Assembly (NCBI GenBank): GCA_013265495.1
Contig: MU058337.1
Coordinates: 3,316,686-3,380,685, forward strand
Reading direction: 5' to 3'
Length of the DNA: 64,000 bases
Source: Vicugna vicugna
Lineage: Eukaryota
The notes under the pieces were generated by a model. It saw only the letters and a program-made list of their open reading frames with translations. It was not told the DNA's origin and did not search any database. A program made the position numbers and the translations under genes. This document shows, piece after piece, positions 51,758 through 64,000 of this stretch; position 1 is the first letter of the stretch; every line of letters begins with the position of its first letter.

Positions 51758-53489
51758 CATGCGTGCACACGCGCACAAGGTAAGACTTCAGAATGTAGGT
51801 CTTTCTACGCCAGGAATTACCTTGTTCTTACCAGATCGTATTTATGTGGCCCGGAACTTCAAGACACAAACGTCTAAAACGTCTCCATCTCAAGTGAATT
51901 CAATGACAGAGAAAATGCTCTCCTGCTGCATTTGCTTCATCCATAATGAATGCAAACAGGGTCAGTTCTAGTCACCGAGTATAAGCCTTTTATTTTCAAT
52001 TTAGTATATGACAGGGATTCATTTTCTCTCCAGAAATGTGATGCTAAATATTGACCATTTAAAGCCTAATAAGATGCTGAATGAGAAAGATTAATAAATC
52101 AAATGCATTAACATTGCAAATGTCTTTGAATGTTGCAGGCTGCCATCAGAGCAGGGATTTTATTTGACTCCATGGTACCATTATGCTCGCTGTTGCTCTA
52201 AATTTAGCTCATTGAATGCCTGATGAAATGCCATGTACTGCAGGTCCATTATAAGCACATCAACTCTTGCATCTGCAGTTTGCAAGTTTTAGACAGTTAT
52301 TCTTTGAAAGAACTCTTAATGGGCTTCAGTGTTTGATAAACTGCGAACTATTTCACCTAGGACAAGGCTCTTCGAGTCAAAACAAGGGACTTTCCTCTTC
52401 TAATTTAAAGATCTCAGCAAATTCAATAAAGCAATACCAGCTATATTAAATTCTTATTGTATATTTATAGATATCCAAGGTAAACGTCCATTCAATCAAA
52501 TAAAAACAGAAAGCTGATGCTATTTATTTAAAAAACAAAAACAACTCTAATGATAATAACAGTAATAAATAAAATTAATAATAATAATAATCAGGAATTT
52601 AAAAATAATGAAAAATAAAAAGAACAGGTTTCTTCATGGATACTTGGGCTAAACTGAAGACTGGCCTACGTCGAGATGTTCCACTTCACAGCAACTCTCC
52701 GACTAGGCATTATTTTCTGTATACACCTAAGGAGACTAAATTTCAAAGAAATTAATTATTTTTGAAAGAGTCACAGGGTTAACCAAGCAGAGTCAGATTT
52801 GGAGCCTAGAAGTAACTAGTTTCAAAACCACCCTGCTACGTAACCACCCTAACAGAGGTGTGCGGTTAGTTACTCTTGTCTGCTCTCATAATGTGAGTGG
52901 TGGTCAGCTATGGCCTGTAATTTAGGTTGTGAAAATCAGGGTACGTTCGCAGTAAGACCGCCAACAATGGAGCGATTGCCTAGAATGTGCTCCATACATC
53001 GGGCGTCACGCGGTAACCTCTCACTACGTTCAGGAAAACGCCTTCTTATACTGAATGAAGAGTGAAGAGAGGAAGAGAGACAGCGCTTGACCTGCTCTCT
53101 TGGTCTCAGTCATTCCCGGTAGCGGGTGTTTCCCAGGGAAAGACAAATTCCTCATTCATGCTCTCAGTATTCAAAATAATGAAATGTGTTCAACCGCCTC
53201 CTCATTTGACATGGCTTCACTGTCAACGCAAGCCCCATTTTATGATGGAACAACTCGAAAAATTATACAACAAATTACAATTAAATTGCAGTTTCAGTCT
53301 TTAGATTCCAATTCCTTTACATTTTGCGACCGTGTTTTTTTTTCTTAGAAATATTTGGAATGTGTACTCAATGTTTTCTTTCTCCATTTTTTAACAGAAT
53401 AAACTTAAATGATGTGTTCATCAGTTTATACCCTCAAGCTGCAGATTTCTTATACTTGTCCTGTGTCATCAGTCTTTTTCATTTTTCCC

Positions 53490-53940
53490 CATAAGGCAGA
53501 TAGGGAAAGTAGGTCTGGGCAGATTTAGGCAGAGGCAACTGTTCCCCAACCCCAGGCACTATGAAGGCTGAGCTTTCAGAGTTCTCTCTGATTTTCCCTT
53601 TGAGCACCTGGTGTAAAATCTGCAAGAAGGTGCCAATCTCCCTAGGGCTTCACCCTCTGTCACTAGCCCAGAGTTGGCCTCCTACAATGCATTGTAAATT
53701 TCTGGCCAAATCTTACTGGCTTTTATGGTATTCAGGGCATCTCTCCCAGATAAATGATGCTCAGGTCTTGCTTTCCCCTGCAGGAACAGGACTCCAGATG
53801 TGAGAATACTGGATTGCTCTGAGATCTCAGCTCTTTGATGGCTTTAAGGAAAGTTGTTTACTTAAAGTGCGTCCTCATTTTTCCTCTTGTAAGGGGAGGA
53901 GTGATCCTTTCCTGCCCTTCACATGTTCAAGCTTTCAGTC
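53490..53940 (-). mobile_element. Old L1M 5' end fragment
   Basis: 'gagatctcagctctttgatggctttaaggaaagttg...tttcctcttgtaaggggaggagtgat...ttcacatgttcaagct' resembles antisense L1ME 5' ends. Confidence 0.55.
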
Positions 53941-54329
53941 CTTGGCAGGCACACAATTATCATCTTTCAACAGCAATAACAGGTTGCTGGTAGCACAGAG
54001 GAGGGACACTTACCCCAGTCTCCAGCACTCAGGAAAACTCTCTTTAGGACATTTTTTTAAAAGGACAAATTGGGGTTCCAGGGAAGAGGGGACATCCAGG
54101 GAGAAGGCTGGCACAGGGAAACTGCATTTTGTGATAAAAGGAATCATAAACAGGTTGGGATCATTAGAACTTAAATTCTGAACGAAAAAAGTGCCCAGAA
54201 GTAATGCTAGAAAGGGAGATAGCTCCAGATACTGGATGCCATTTTACGAAATTTAGACCGTGTTCTCTTGTTTATAAGAAGTTGTGGAAGGTTTCTCCAA
54301 GTAATTAATGTGGTGAGCTTTACAGTTTA

Positions 54330-55230
54330 CATACATTTTGAGTATATGTACAAACGGAAGACTCAAGAGGCCCTCCAACGCCTGCAGGATGGCTCTCAGT
54401 GCTCTGTGACAGTAGCACAGGAGTAAGAGGCTAAGATAGCGTGTGACAGTGGTCATCAAGGAGGGTAGATTTGCCAAGCTTTAGAAGCAACATAAAATTT
54501 AGAGATTGACTGAATGTAGCAGGTGAAATGATAAATCTCTTCAGGTTCTTGACTGTAGTTACGAGACACAGAAAAAAAGACAAGCAGGTTTATTCCAGAA
54601 GATGATGAGTTTGGGTTTTGACCATGAAACTTGAGGTGTTTATGGACCATCGAGGGCTGTCGAGTGCATGACTCAGAGGCTCAAAGGAACTGCTTGGGCT
54701 TGGAGACAGAGACTTGCCAGTCCTCTGCATCAACGTGGTGGGTTGAAGGGTATCAACAGGTGAGCTGATGGAGGGATGATGTTTCAGGAGGGAAGAACGG
54801 AGGACTAGGACATCACCTGGTGAATTCCTGAAGGAGCTAAGGAGGGGAGCTCAGGAACTCGTTAGTCTGCAAGAAGAACTAAGGAAGTCTTAGACGTCAC
54901 CAGAGTGCACCTGTGGAAACCCAAGAACAGAGCATTACAATCTCGTTTATAAGAAAGATGGCACGGAGCTCTAATGGGATGGGCTGGGAAGGAAGGAAGG
55001 AAGGAAGGACCGTTAAAAGCCATTGTGTCTAACAAGTAGGAGGCCAAATTAGAAAAGGCGGTTTCAGTGGCATGCTGTGGGCAGAAGATGAATTGCAAAG
55101 CATGGAAGATATCAAAAAATGAGCAAGTGAGGATAGATTCTATGAGAAGTTTTGAATAAGATGATGAGACTAGAAGAGAAGTGCAGCTGCTCGCAGGGAC
55201 GATTACAAATGATGATGTGACAGAGAGTGT
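54330..55230 (-). mobile_element. L2 relic
   Basis: 'gagtttgggttttgaccatgaaacttgaggtgtttatggaccatcgag', 'gtggaaacccaagaacagagc', 'ggtttcagtggcatgctgtgggcagaag'. Confidence 0.75.
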
Positions 55231-55918
55231 CAAAGGGTAAAATCCATTTGTGCACATGCGCATCGACACCCCGGCCTGAATTCGAGTCCTGGGTTATCTG
55301 CAAAGTCAAACGCTCCCTCTCCATCCACTTCATTTCTTCCCACAATTGTCTCTCTTTATCCTTCACTCTTCTCTCTTTCTCCCTTCGTTCCTTCTCTGCC
55401 CTCCTTCCTGCCATCTCTCCTTTTTCTGCTCTTTCTCTCTCAGCAGATTCATATTGCTTTCCCTTTCCCTATTAATACACATAAAGTTGATATATACCCA
55501 AAAATAAATTCTTAAAAGTTAAGGAAATCAAGGGAACACGAACACTAACTTACCTAGATTGGTTAATAGGAAAAAAAAAAGTCAATTACAGAGGGAGGTA
55601 AGGACTAGCAAAAGGCTCTTTGAAGCCAAATGACATCAGTTATGTGTAATGTTTCCTTCCCGTGGGAGCAGCTGAATTTGATAAACCATCCCTATTTTTC
55701 CTGAAGCTTGTTACTACAAGGCTCTAACATTCCATCTGATGACAAGAAGGAAAGGAACCAGAAACCAGCTAATACTCTGCAAAATTCCTGTGATAGCTTT
55801 CTCTACCCAGAAATTTTATATGCTTAGTATCTTGAATTTTCTATTAAAAAATAAGACGAGAAGGACACACAGGCACACACCCTCTTCCTTCTCAAGCCTC
55901 AATTTGGGAAAATCTGTA

Positions 55919-56004
55919 GTTTATTTTTTACATTTTGTTTAGAATTTTTAAAGGTTACACTCCACTTAAAAGTTATTACAAAATATTGGCTATGTTCTCT
56001 GTGT
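55919..56004 (-). mobile_element. Short L1MA-like 3' end
   Basis: T-rich tail plus 'aaaggttacactccacttaaaagttattacaaaatattggctatgttc'. Confidence 0.7.
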
Positions 56005-56882
56005 AAGCATACTTTCAAAATATCTGTCATTGCTGCCATGAGAGAGATGAAAAAATCAAAATCCCTTGAAATAGTTTTGGCTGCAACACATCCCCATCTT
56101 TGTCCATCCATATGTCTCTGAGTGAGTCTAGGTTATAACCAAGAGTCAGAGCACAATGTCCGCCTTTAGATTAGCCACCAGTCTAAGAGTTAAACAGCCA
56201 GTTCCCAGCCCACGGTTGCCATCACCTCTGCCCTGCTGTGTACCCGACACAGAAGGATCCCCTCACCAGTATTATAGGATGCTGCACTCACACTGCTCCA
56301 GGTACCGCCTGAGCATAACCGAGGCAGGCAGAGATGAACCCTCCCTTAAGGGAGTATTAATAATTAATTAACACAATTATTTCTCGGTTTCTAAGTTTTC
56401 TCTTTGACCACTGTATGCTTACTTCTACTCCAACTTTCACTCATGTGTTTATTTATTGTTTTTGCATAAAAATGTTATCTCAGTAGACCAAGGAATTTCT
56501 TGAAGTGCTGAGAAATGAAAGAAAAATGTGCAAAAGAGAGGTAGGAGGATTTTGTCCCCAGCTGTTCTTGGATTGATCTTAATTTCCACTTGCAAAAAAT
56601 GATTAATCATTTACTTTTATTTTATGTCATATTGAGGTATTCTATGTGACAGATGTAAATGATAAAGCAAAATAACACAATTAAAACCACATCCTTTAAG
56701 GACAAGGAGAATATATATTTGTACACAGGCAGACCTATGCAGATACGTATGCACAGATGTACACGTATATGATTCAGTGCAGGTGTCAGAATGTATCATC
56801 AGATTCCCTTGGAAGACTGAGCCCACAAGCAACTAAAATTATTACAATCAGTCTTCTGTACTTTATCACTATATCAAGTTGG

Positions 56883-56946
<64 letters not shown>

Positions 56947-56952
56947 ATAGAT
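56883..56952. repeat. (AGAT)n microsatellite, 13 perfect units plus degenerate tail
   Basis: Directly visible. Confidence 0.95.
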
Positions 56953-56981
56953 GGACACTTAGATAGTAAGATTTTAAGATC

Positions 56982-57540
56982 TGTCCCAGGCAGAATTCTA
57001 AGACGACCTGAAAAGATCCACACTTTTGTGTAAATTCCTTCCCTTGAGCTTGGGTAGAATTTGTGGCCTTTTTGTAGCCAAAAGAGTATGGAAATGAAAT
57101 GGGGTGTTTACTTTTTGATTATCTTACATAGCAAAGGGGATGGAATGATTACTCACAGATTTCAGCATAAGACTCCCCATTCGCAGTCTGGAGAAAGATT
57201 CTCCTGCCGACCCTGAAGAAGCCACCGTGTTTCAAAAGGGCCCATGGGCAGCTTCTAAGTGTGGAGCGCAGCTGTCAGCCGACAGCTGACAAGACAAGGA
57301 GGACCTTAGTCATGCAACCTCATGAGATAAACTGCCAACAACCTGAGTGAGCCTGAACGCTGATTCTCCACCAGGCGAGCTTCCAAACATAGATGCTGCC
57401 TGGCCTACCCTGATGATAGCCTGTGAGACCCTGTGCAAATGCCCAACTGCTGACCCCCGCAAACTATGAGACAATATGTGTGTGTTGCTTTAAGCTCCCA
57501 AGTTTTGGGTAATTTTTTACAGAGCAGTAGAACATTTATA
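56982..57540 (+). mobile_element. MLT1E/F-like MaLR LTR
   Basis: Starts 'tgtcccaggcagaattctaaga'; contains 'ggaccttagtcatgcaacctcatgag...tgccaacaacctgagtgagcctg'; ends 'aagttttgggtaattttttacagagcagtagaa'. Confidence 0.8.
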
Positions 57541-57597
57541 TAAGACTGATGGCATCATACACAGGTCAGGAACTCTGTGCAGATTAAAATATCTGTA

Positions 57598-57621
57598 TGT
57601 GTGTGTGTGTGTGTGTGTGTG
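57598..57621. repeat. (TG)n microsatellite
   Basis: Directly visible. Confidence 0.9.
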
Positions 57622-58699
57622 GCCATGATATAGGGTAATGGTTAAAAACATAAGCAAATGTAAAAATCACATATAAAGAGAATGAGGAATGAGAACAGAA
57701 AAGAACAAAAAAGAATGAAGAAAGAAAGAAAATGGACTGACCTGAGGAAGGTAAAGGAAATGTTTCAACAAAGGAAATTGGAGATAGATCCAGAGGACAG
57801 AAGGGACAATCACGTCATGGAAACAAACAAAGAGAAAAAGGAATGTGAATGGATGCGGGGGAAGTTCAAGAAGTCAGCTTGAAACCTATTCATTCCTTTT
57901 ATCAGAGACTCAACTCAGGACAGAGGAAGAAAAAGAGGCAGATGGGCAGGTGGCTTGATCTATTCTCTTTGTCACCTGGTCCTCTGTCATCTGCACCGAG
58001 GAAAAGAACATATGTCCGAAGCACCGTTAGCAGGAGGCAGCTGGCTAAGATCACCTATAGGAAGCTGGATCTGGTATCCAGAAGGAATGACAGCCTAGGG
58101 AATGTCACAGAAGCTCTACGACTCTTACCTGGACAGAAAATAGAGACCTTTATAATTTAAACAATCCCACTGCGTTAGGTGACCATGGACCGCATTAGAG
58201 ACCTTGTCCGTCATTCTGAAACAGAAGTCCATGACTGATGCAGGCAGACAGGACCCTGAGGTGCTGCCCTCAAGTCCCAGCCTTTCCTCTGCTACAGCTG
58301 AGCACTGGAATTACTAGTCATGCTAAAAAAATCAGGACGATCTCTGCTTCTATTAGTCTGATTTGACAATGAGATCCCATGTGTTAGTGCACAGTCAACA
58401 TTATTAAACATTTCATAGAATCCAGAAAAATAATGCTTAAAATATTGGTTGGATTTCTTTTTTTTAACTTGGGCAAGCATTAGCAGGCCTTCACTGTGAG
58501 CAAAATTTTAGCTGACTGTAGATGAAATCAGGGATGACAACATGGAGACGTTCATTCTAGCATCATCCATTAAGAAGGAGACCTGAGAATGAAAGAGAGG
58601 AAGCACATTTTCTCTGGAAAAAATACCTGAAGAAGAGTGGCTTTTTCCCTTCCCCCTTCTCCTCTTCCCTCCTTCTTTCCTTTTTTCCTTCCTTCCTTA

Positions 58700-58900
58700 T
58701 TTAAGTAATGACAGAAGGGGAGAGGGCCTCAGAGCAAGAGCAGAGATGAAGGGGTTTTCTATGGACAGAAATAGGAGCATCTCTCACTCTGAGACCAGCA
58801 GGAGGTAACAAATGATGAATGGGGATCCTGGGAACTTTTGGAACTGCGGGAAGTTGGGGGATGTCATGTCCGATGGCCTCTACGGTGTCACTCATGGAAG
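58700..58900 (-). mobile_element. L2 relic
   Basis: 'agagcaagagcagagatgaaggg...ggacagaaataggagcatctctcactctgagaccagcaggagg'. Confidence 0.55.
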
Positions 58901-61137
58901 TGACGAAGAGCTATTATACATACGAGCATCATGGGGTTAAATTTGAGCTGTGAAACAGGGAAGGTTAAGAAATGAACCAAGGTGGAGGATTAAAAAGGAA
59001 TCAATGAGAGTCATCTGAAATGCATTCACTGGTGGATTTCATGACATTTAAAGCATTCTGTATAACAGAATATTCTGTCTCCTCGTACCCCTCCCTTATA
59101 CACTGAGACCACCGTGTCATGGCCGTATGAAATCCAAGGTAAAAAGTTCTCTTCTTTGAACTTATTTACTCAGCTAAACCAAATCATTAATATTTATTCT
59201 GCACTTTGAAAATTCCACAAGCTAATTTTCTGTCTCTAAACTTGTGGCATGGAAATCCTCGTGGGGCCTCTCCAAAGCCTCTTTTTCAATGGCGGCCATC
59301 CTTTCTTGTCTCGCAGCTTGCTGAAAGAATCTGAAATATATTTTATTAATCTCACTCTGTCTGCCACATCCTGGAAGCTAGGTCACAGACTTTTATTTTG
59401 TTTTTTGTTTTTTGTTCTTATCTTAGTTTCAAAAAGTGACATTTTATATTTTAGAAGAACTGGAAGAAACAAAACCTATTCTTTTGCAGCATTTCATAAT
59501 ACCCACTCCATTCCCAATGGAAGTTTTTCTCTCTGCCCACAACCAAGATTATAGAGCCTCGCATCAAGAGATATAAGAGCAGGCAGCCAGTTTGTAAGGG
59601 GCCCTAAAGCATCACACCAAGTAGGTGGGTGAAATATAACTCTGCCCCAAATAAGCACCTCATGTGTATATGTCTCTATCTGTGGAATATTTTTCATGTA
59701 CATGATGCTGTCTCTATGGTTTAAAATTCTGAAACAGAAGAATGCAGAGCCTAATGCTATTTTCCCAGAATAAATTATATTTAATTTAAAATTTAAATCG
59801 TTCAAAGATCTCATAAGAAGTTGTCCATTTCAGGAAAGCAGAAACAAAAACAAACTGAAAGAACAACTAGGTAAAATAGAGAAAGGGTTACCAATTTTTT
59901 TTTATCATTGTCTATTTTTGTTGGTACAAGTATGTTAGGAAAGGAATCTGGTTTCATTTGGAATTGTAATATAACATATAGTGTAATAATTTATATGTAA
60001 GTAGTTATGGAAAATAATATGATTAAAAATAAATGAGAAGCAATATGTATCAATACAAAGTGAATTTCTTCCCATTTCCTCCAAATAAATTTTAATCATT
60101 TAAAAATTTTGGTTTTAGAAAGAAATAAATTATTAGACTATCTGATGACTCTGCTGCAAGGTGTCAGATACTTGCCCTATGGCAGTGCTTCCATTCCTCT
60201 TTTCTTTAGAAAACGTCCAATTTAGCCAAACATCTAGGGCTTGGGTCACACCCACGTCTCTACTCTGTGCACCCTGCCCCCAAAGCCATCATTACTTACG
60301 GAGAAGAAGACCGATTTATTTTCATTCTGCAACCCAAATGGGGGAAATAGAGATTATACATTGTAAGGAAAATGAGATCACAAAATGTTCCATTCAATTA
60401 TGTTTGGTGAGTATAAGCAAGCATAAGAAATGACAAGAGAGCGACAGCATACTTGGTCTGGGAAAACAGTAGAGGTAACACCACACTGACTTTGAACTAA
60501 CGTACCCTGTTGCTCAGGAAGATGACTGGAGCTTCTGGATCCATATCTGCTGCCCTCTTCTTACTCTCTGGTGCTAGTGACCTGTGTCCAGTCCATGGAG
60601 TGCGTGACCTGTGTACCAGTCCATGGAGCATCCAAACAAATGAGGATATTTCCAATGAGTAGCAACTCGCTCCAGCATACAACTTTTATTCACCCGTTTT
60701 AGGCTGCTCTGGGCCTTGATACTCCAGGGTCACTGTTAGATGTAATTTGTAGCCTCCATGATCTCCCTCGAGTATTGTGCAAGCACCACGTAACCTCTGT
60801 GAAGGCCAAGGCAACGAGGCACTCATATTTCCTTTCAATGTCTAACCCCTTCCTAGTGTGTTCTCAGAGACCCAGGTGACATCAAGACTGAGAAGACAGG
60901 AAGTAACAAGTGATTTGGTGGTTTGTCACCTGGTCACTTGGTGAGCAATGAGGACAGTAGGCTGAGGAATATGTGGGAAGAGAGAGTTTCTGACACAAGA
61001 TGGCAGCCTTATTAATGAACATTTCACTGGGAAACATTTTGGTGGAGAGAAATAAGTGATTTCAGCATTTGAAACATATGCAGGAAACAATGTATACAAA
61101 GAGTTGTCTGGTTATTGAAAAAGTGTGTTAACCTCCC

Positions 61138-61504
61138 ATCTTACTCAGCTTAGGTGGTCATAACAAAATACCATGAACTGAGTGGCTTAAACAACAGAAA
61201 TATATACATCACAGTTCTGGAACCTGGGGAGTCCAAATTAAGGTGTCAGCTGATACTGTTCCTGGTGAGAACTTTCTTCCTGACTTTCAGATGACCGCCT
61301 TCTTGCCACGTCCTCCCACAACGGAGTTAGCGAGAGCTCCGGGACCTCTTCCTTTTCTTAGAAGGGCACCAGCCCTGTTGGATTGGGGCCCCACCTTTAT
61401 GACCTCACTTAACGTTTATCATCTCATACACCCTATCTCCAAATATTAGAGCTTCCACAGGTGAATTTCAGCAGAGGAGTGACACAAACATCCAGTCCAA
61501 AAGA
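61138..61504 (-). mobile_element. MLT1A-like MaLR LTR
   Basis: 'cataacaaaataccatgaactgagtggcttaaacaacagaaa...cacagttctggaacctggggagtccaaattaaggtgtcagc...ggggccccacctttatgacctcacttaac...gacacaaacatccagtcca'. Confidence 0.85.
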
Positions 61505-62470
61505 CTGAATGAGGACTTCCTGAAGAGAGATAATGAGAAACTGAGTGCCATTAACCAAGTAGGTAAAGGCTAACCGTGAAACTAGACATCCTCTTTGGAA
61601 GTTTGCTCAGAGGCCCGTATCTCCTTTAGTAAGACAGGGCTCAAAGATGAAGAGCAGACTCAGAACCTGAAAGTTGCAGATCTCCAAGAGACGTTCACAT
61701 ATTCAGCCAAAGCCCAACTTTTGGACTAAGCTGAGGACCCTGCTTAGAAAAACCTGAGAACTGGAAACACAGAGTAAGGCTCCTGGAGATGTCCCAGTGG
61801 ATTTTGGTTTTGCAGACCCCCTCAACTGCCATGGCTTACAAAAGTGGCCCACCTCTCCTTCGTGAAGAGACTCCATCCCCTGTGATGAAAGACAATGCAC
61901 AGGGAACAGAGCTCCACCCCCAGGAGCTTCCAGGCTGGGAGCCTTGGTTCAACCATAACAAATGTAATCTGGCTAAGGACCCGCTCCTACTGATGACAGA
62001 GGACAACCTCCAAGGAGCTACAAGGACTGGTGAGTGTGTTCTGGCAGGAGTGCCACTGGGGCTAAAGTCTGAGTATGCTTGATTACAAGTTCTGGAACTG
62101 AAGACTGGAAAAGAAAGAATTCATGGACCTGGTGGCAGTTTCTTAGGACACAGGATTTTACATCCCAATAAAGACCTTAAGGATGAGCCTGACACACTAG
62201 TAGCATGGCTATTAGAAGCTTGGAGAACTTGGGGGCCAAGGCTTGGTAAGATATGCAAATCTGAGTTGAGATGGTCGAGGAAGGTAGACAAAGGCTGACA
62301 GAGGAGGGCATGCTGGAACAGATGTATTATGTGATGCCAGAGCCCCTGTTCAAGGATTATATTTCCTAGGGCCATACAGGAATGTCCCATTTGTCAAGGT
62401 CACCAAGAATGCCATGGTCGAGAGATAACCACATTTAGAACTTGCTGTCTTCTGCAGGCTCGGACTAATG
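61505..62470 (+). mobile_element. Ancient ERVL (class III) internal gag relic, disrupted
   Basis: Piecewise translation gives KELQGLVSVFWQE, RLEKKEFMDLVAVS*DTGF and DTLVAWLLEAWRTW, resembling ERVL gag; stops and frameshifts present. Confidence 0.7.
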
Positions 62471-63169
62471 TTAAAATGCTTCCCTAAAAAGATAGGACCA
62501 GGGGCATTGTTGATATAGGCTGAAAGAATGCTTATATATTTGTGTTTCACAGACCAGAAAAATTCAAAATGTATATGAGAGAATTGCAGCTGGGTTGGCA
62601 ACATTAATTTTTTTCCTAATAGAGATACAAACAGACAAAAGAAAACTAGATTTTACCACCCAAAGTAGAATCTTTCGTCACTTTTGTTTCATGGAAGAAA
62701 CTGTATTTCAAAACCAAAAATTAGAAAAGAGTTAATCTCAGCTCTTATTTTAAAGTCCTTAATAATAAATAAAGCTGGTTTGAGGAAAATTTTACTGAAT
62801 TAACCTTGTTTCTTTCATTTTGACATGGGCCAATAAAATCTCATTTGCGGAAGAAGATTGGTTTGCTGATCAGAACTTGGAAATAGCTAAAGTAGATTTT
62901 GTTCCAAAACAAACCATATGTACCCAGGATAGAGACCAGTGCAGTGCCAAGTGCTTAGATGTGGTTGAGAAGACTCAAATTGGAAGGTCTGAGTCTTAAT
63001 AATAACGCATTTGCTCCCTATTAAAGACTCTAACATCTTCTGGGGAAAATCTGCCACTCAGCTCTTGCTTGAGCTGGTAAAGCAAAACTTCACTGGGCAC
63101 AGGTGAGTGGAAGTTCAAATTGGATTAGCTGGCAACAGATCAAAATCAAGATGGGGGAAATTGCCATTA

Positions 63170-63290
63170 GATCTCGAGGACATAACCTGTTTAACTTTTC
63201 CTTGTGTGTAAATCAGGAGCTTCTCTTTTCATTGCTGGTTAGAATAATATGCTTAAGGATTAGCACGGCACTATGTATAGGAGAGTGGAC
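63170..63290 (+). mobile_element. MIR relic
   Basis: 'acataacctgtttaacttttccttgtgtgtaaatcaggag...gcttaaggattagcacggcac'. Confidence 0.45.
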
Positions 63291-64000
63291 TATTTCTCAT
63301 GAACCTCACTGAATAAGCTTAGTCTTAAATATGGGCTGTCCCCGGAAAGCGGGAAGACAATAAGACAGCGCTGGGCTAGGGTAGGTGGAATTTAACCTGG
63401 TTCAGAACTCATCTATCAAAATTGCTTGTGGGCAAGGAATTCTAAAGAATTATTGTGCCATATTCTTGTGTTATCCATTGCTCCATACATTACATTCCTC
63501 TGGGATTCCTCATTTTTGTGTATGCATCCTGTATTTTCATGTATTTCAGAAACCTCAGTCCTGTAGATGTGTTCTGACTCTACTTTCCAGTTCATTAATC
63601 TTAACTTTATGTTTGACTCTTCGTTTAATTTACTCCCTTGGTTTCACCAACATTTGTGGCTTTCCGTAATTATAATAGCAAATACCATCGACTTGCATAG
63701 AGTTCTTGGGAACCAGGCACAAATAAAGAGTTGAATCCCATTTCTACCTGCTTGTATTCCAGAACCTTTTGTCACAAGGCCAAAACTGTGGTTCAAGAAC
63801 CAGAATGTTGGGGTCAGATAGAAAAGTTTTGACTCCATGCTGATAAGTTTGGATTTTGTCCAGTAATGAGCCAACAGGGGGCTGTACTGATAAAATTAAT
63901 TTAAAACAGCAACCTTGGTGACAAGGGAGGTGATAAATTAGAAGGGATTAAGACATGAGTAAAGTTAGATAAATAGTACAGTCTTTTAGGTAAGGGATTC

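Noticed and set aside
3442..56004. L1 strand bias (6 minus versus 2 plus among short 3' ends) as proof of a plus-strand host gene
   Set aside because: Not significant (two-sided binomial p about 0.29), and the older large L1s occur on both strands.
1..64000. All ORFs in the six-frame track as protein-coding genes
   Set aside because: They are short (173 aa or less), many start at non-ATG codons, show no recognisable domains, often overlap repeats, and are as frequent as chance predicts.

Overview
AT-rich, repeat-laden mammalian non-coding DNA. It is most likely camelid, judged from a tRNA-Ala-like (Vic-1-type) SINE and camelid/cetartiodactyl-type L1 3' ends. I find no credible protein-coding gene: the supplied ORFs are short, unrecognisable and often overlap repeats. 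The window reads as a gene desert or part of a very long intron. It holds old and young LINE-1 pieces, L2/MIR relics, MaLR/ERVL LTRs, an ERVL gag relic, two inverted MER41-like solo LTRs, DNA-transposon MITEs and microsatellites. The most notable non-repeat signals are an orphan CpG island (~23.5-24.1 kb) with a strong minus-strand donor, two plus-strand recursive-splice-site-like motifs (9.3 and 36.7 kb), two in-phase minus-strand exon candidates (7.9-8.4 kb) and several TE-free, enhancer-like blocks. I see no evidence of a new biological system. Repeat family names come from recalled consensus motifs, not from a search, and most boundaries are approximate.
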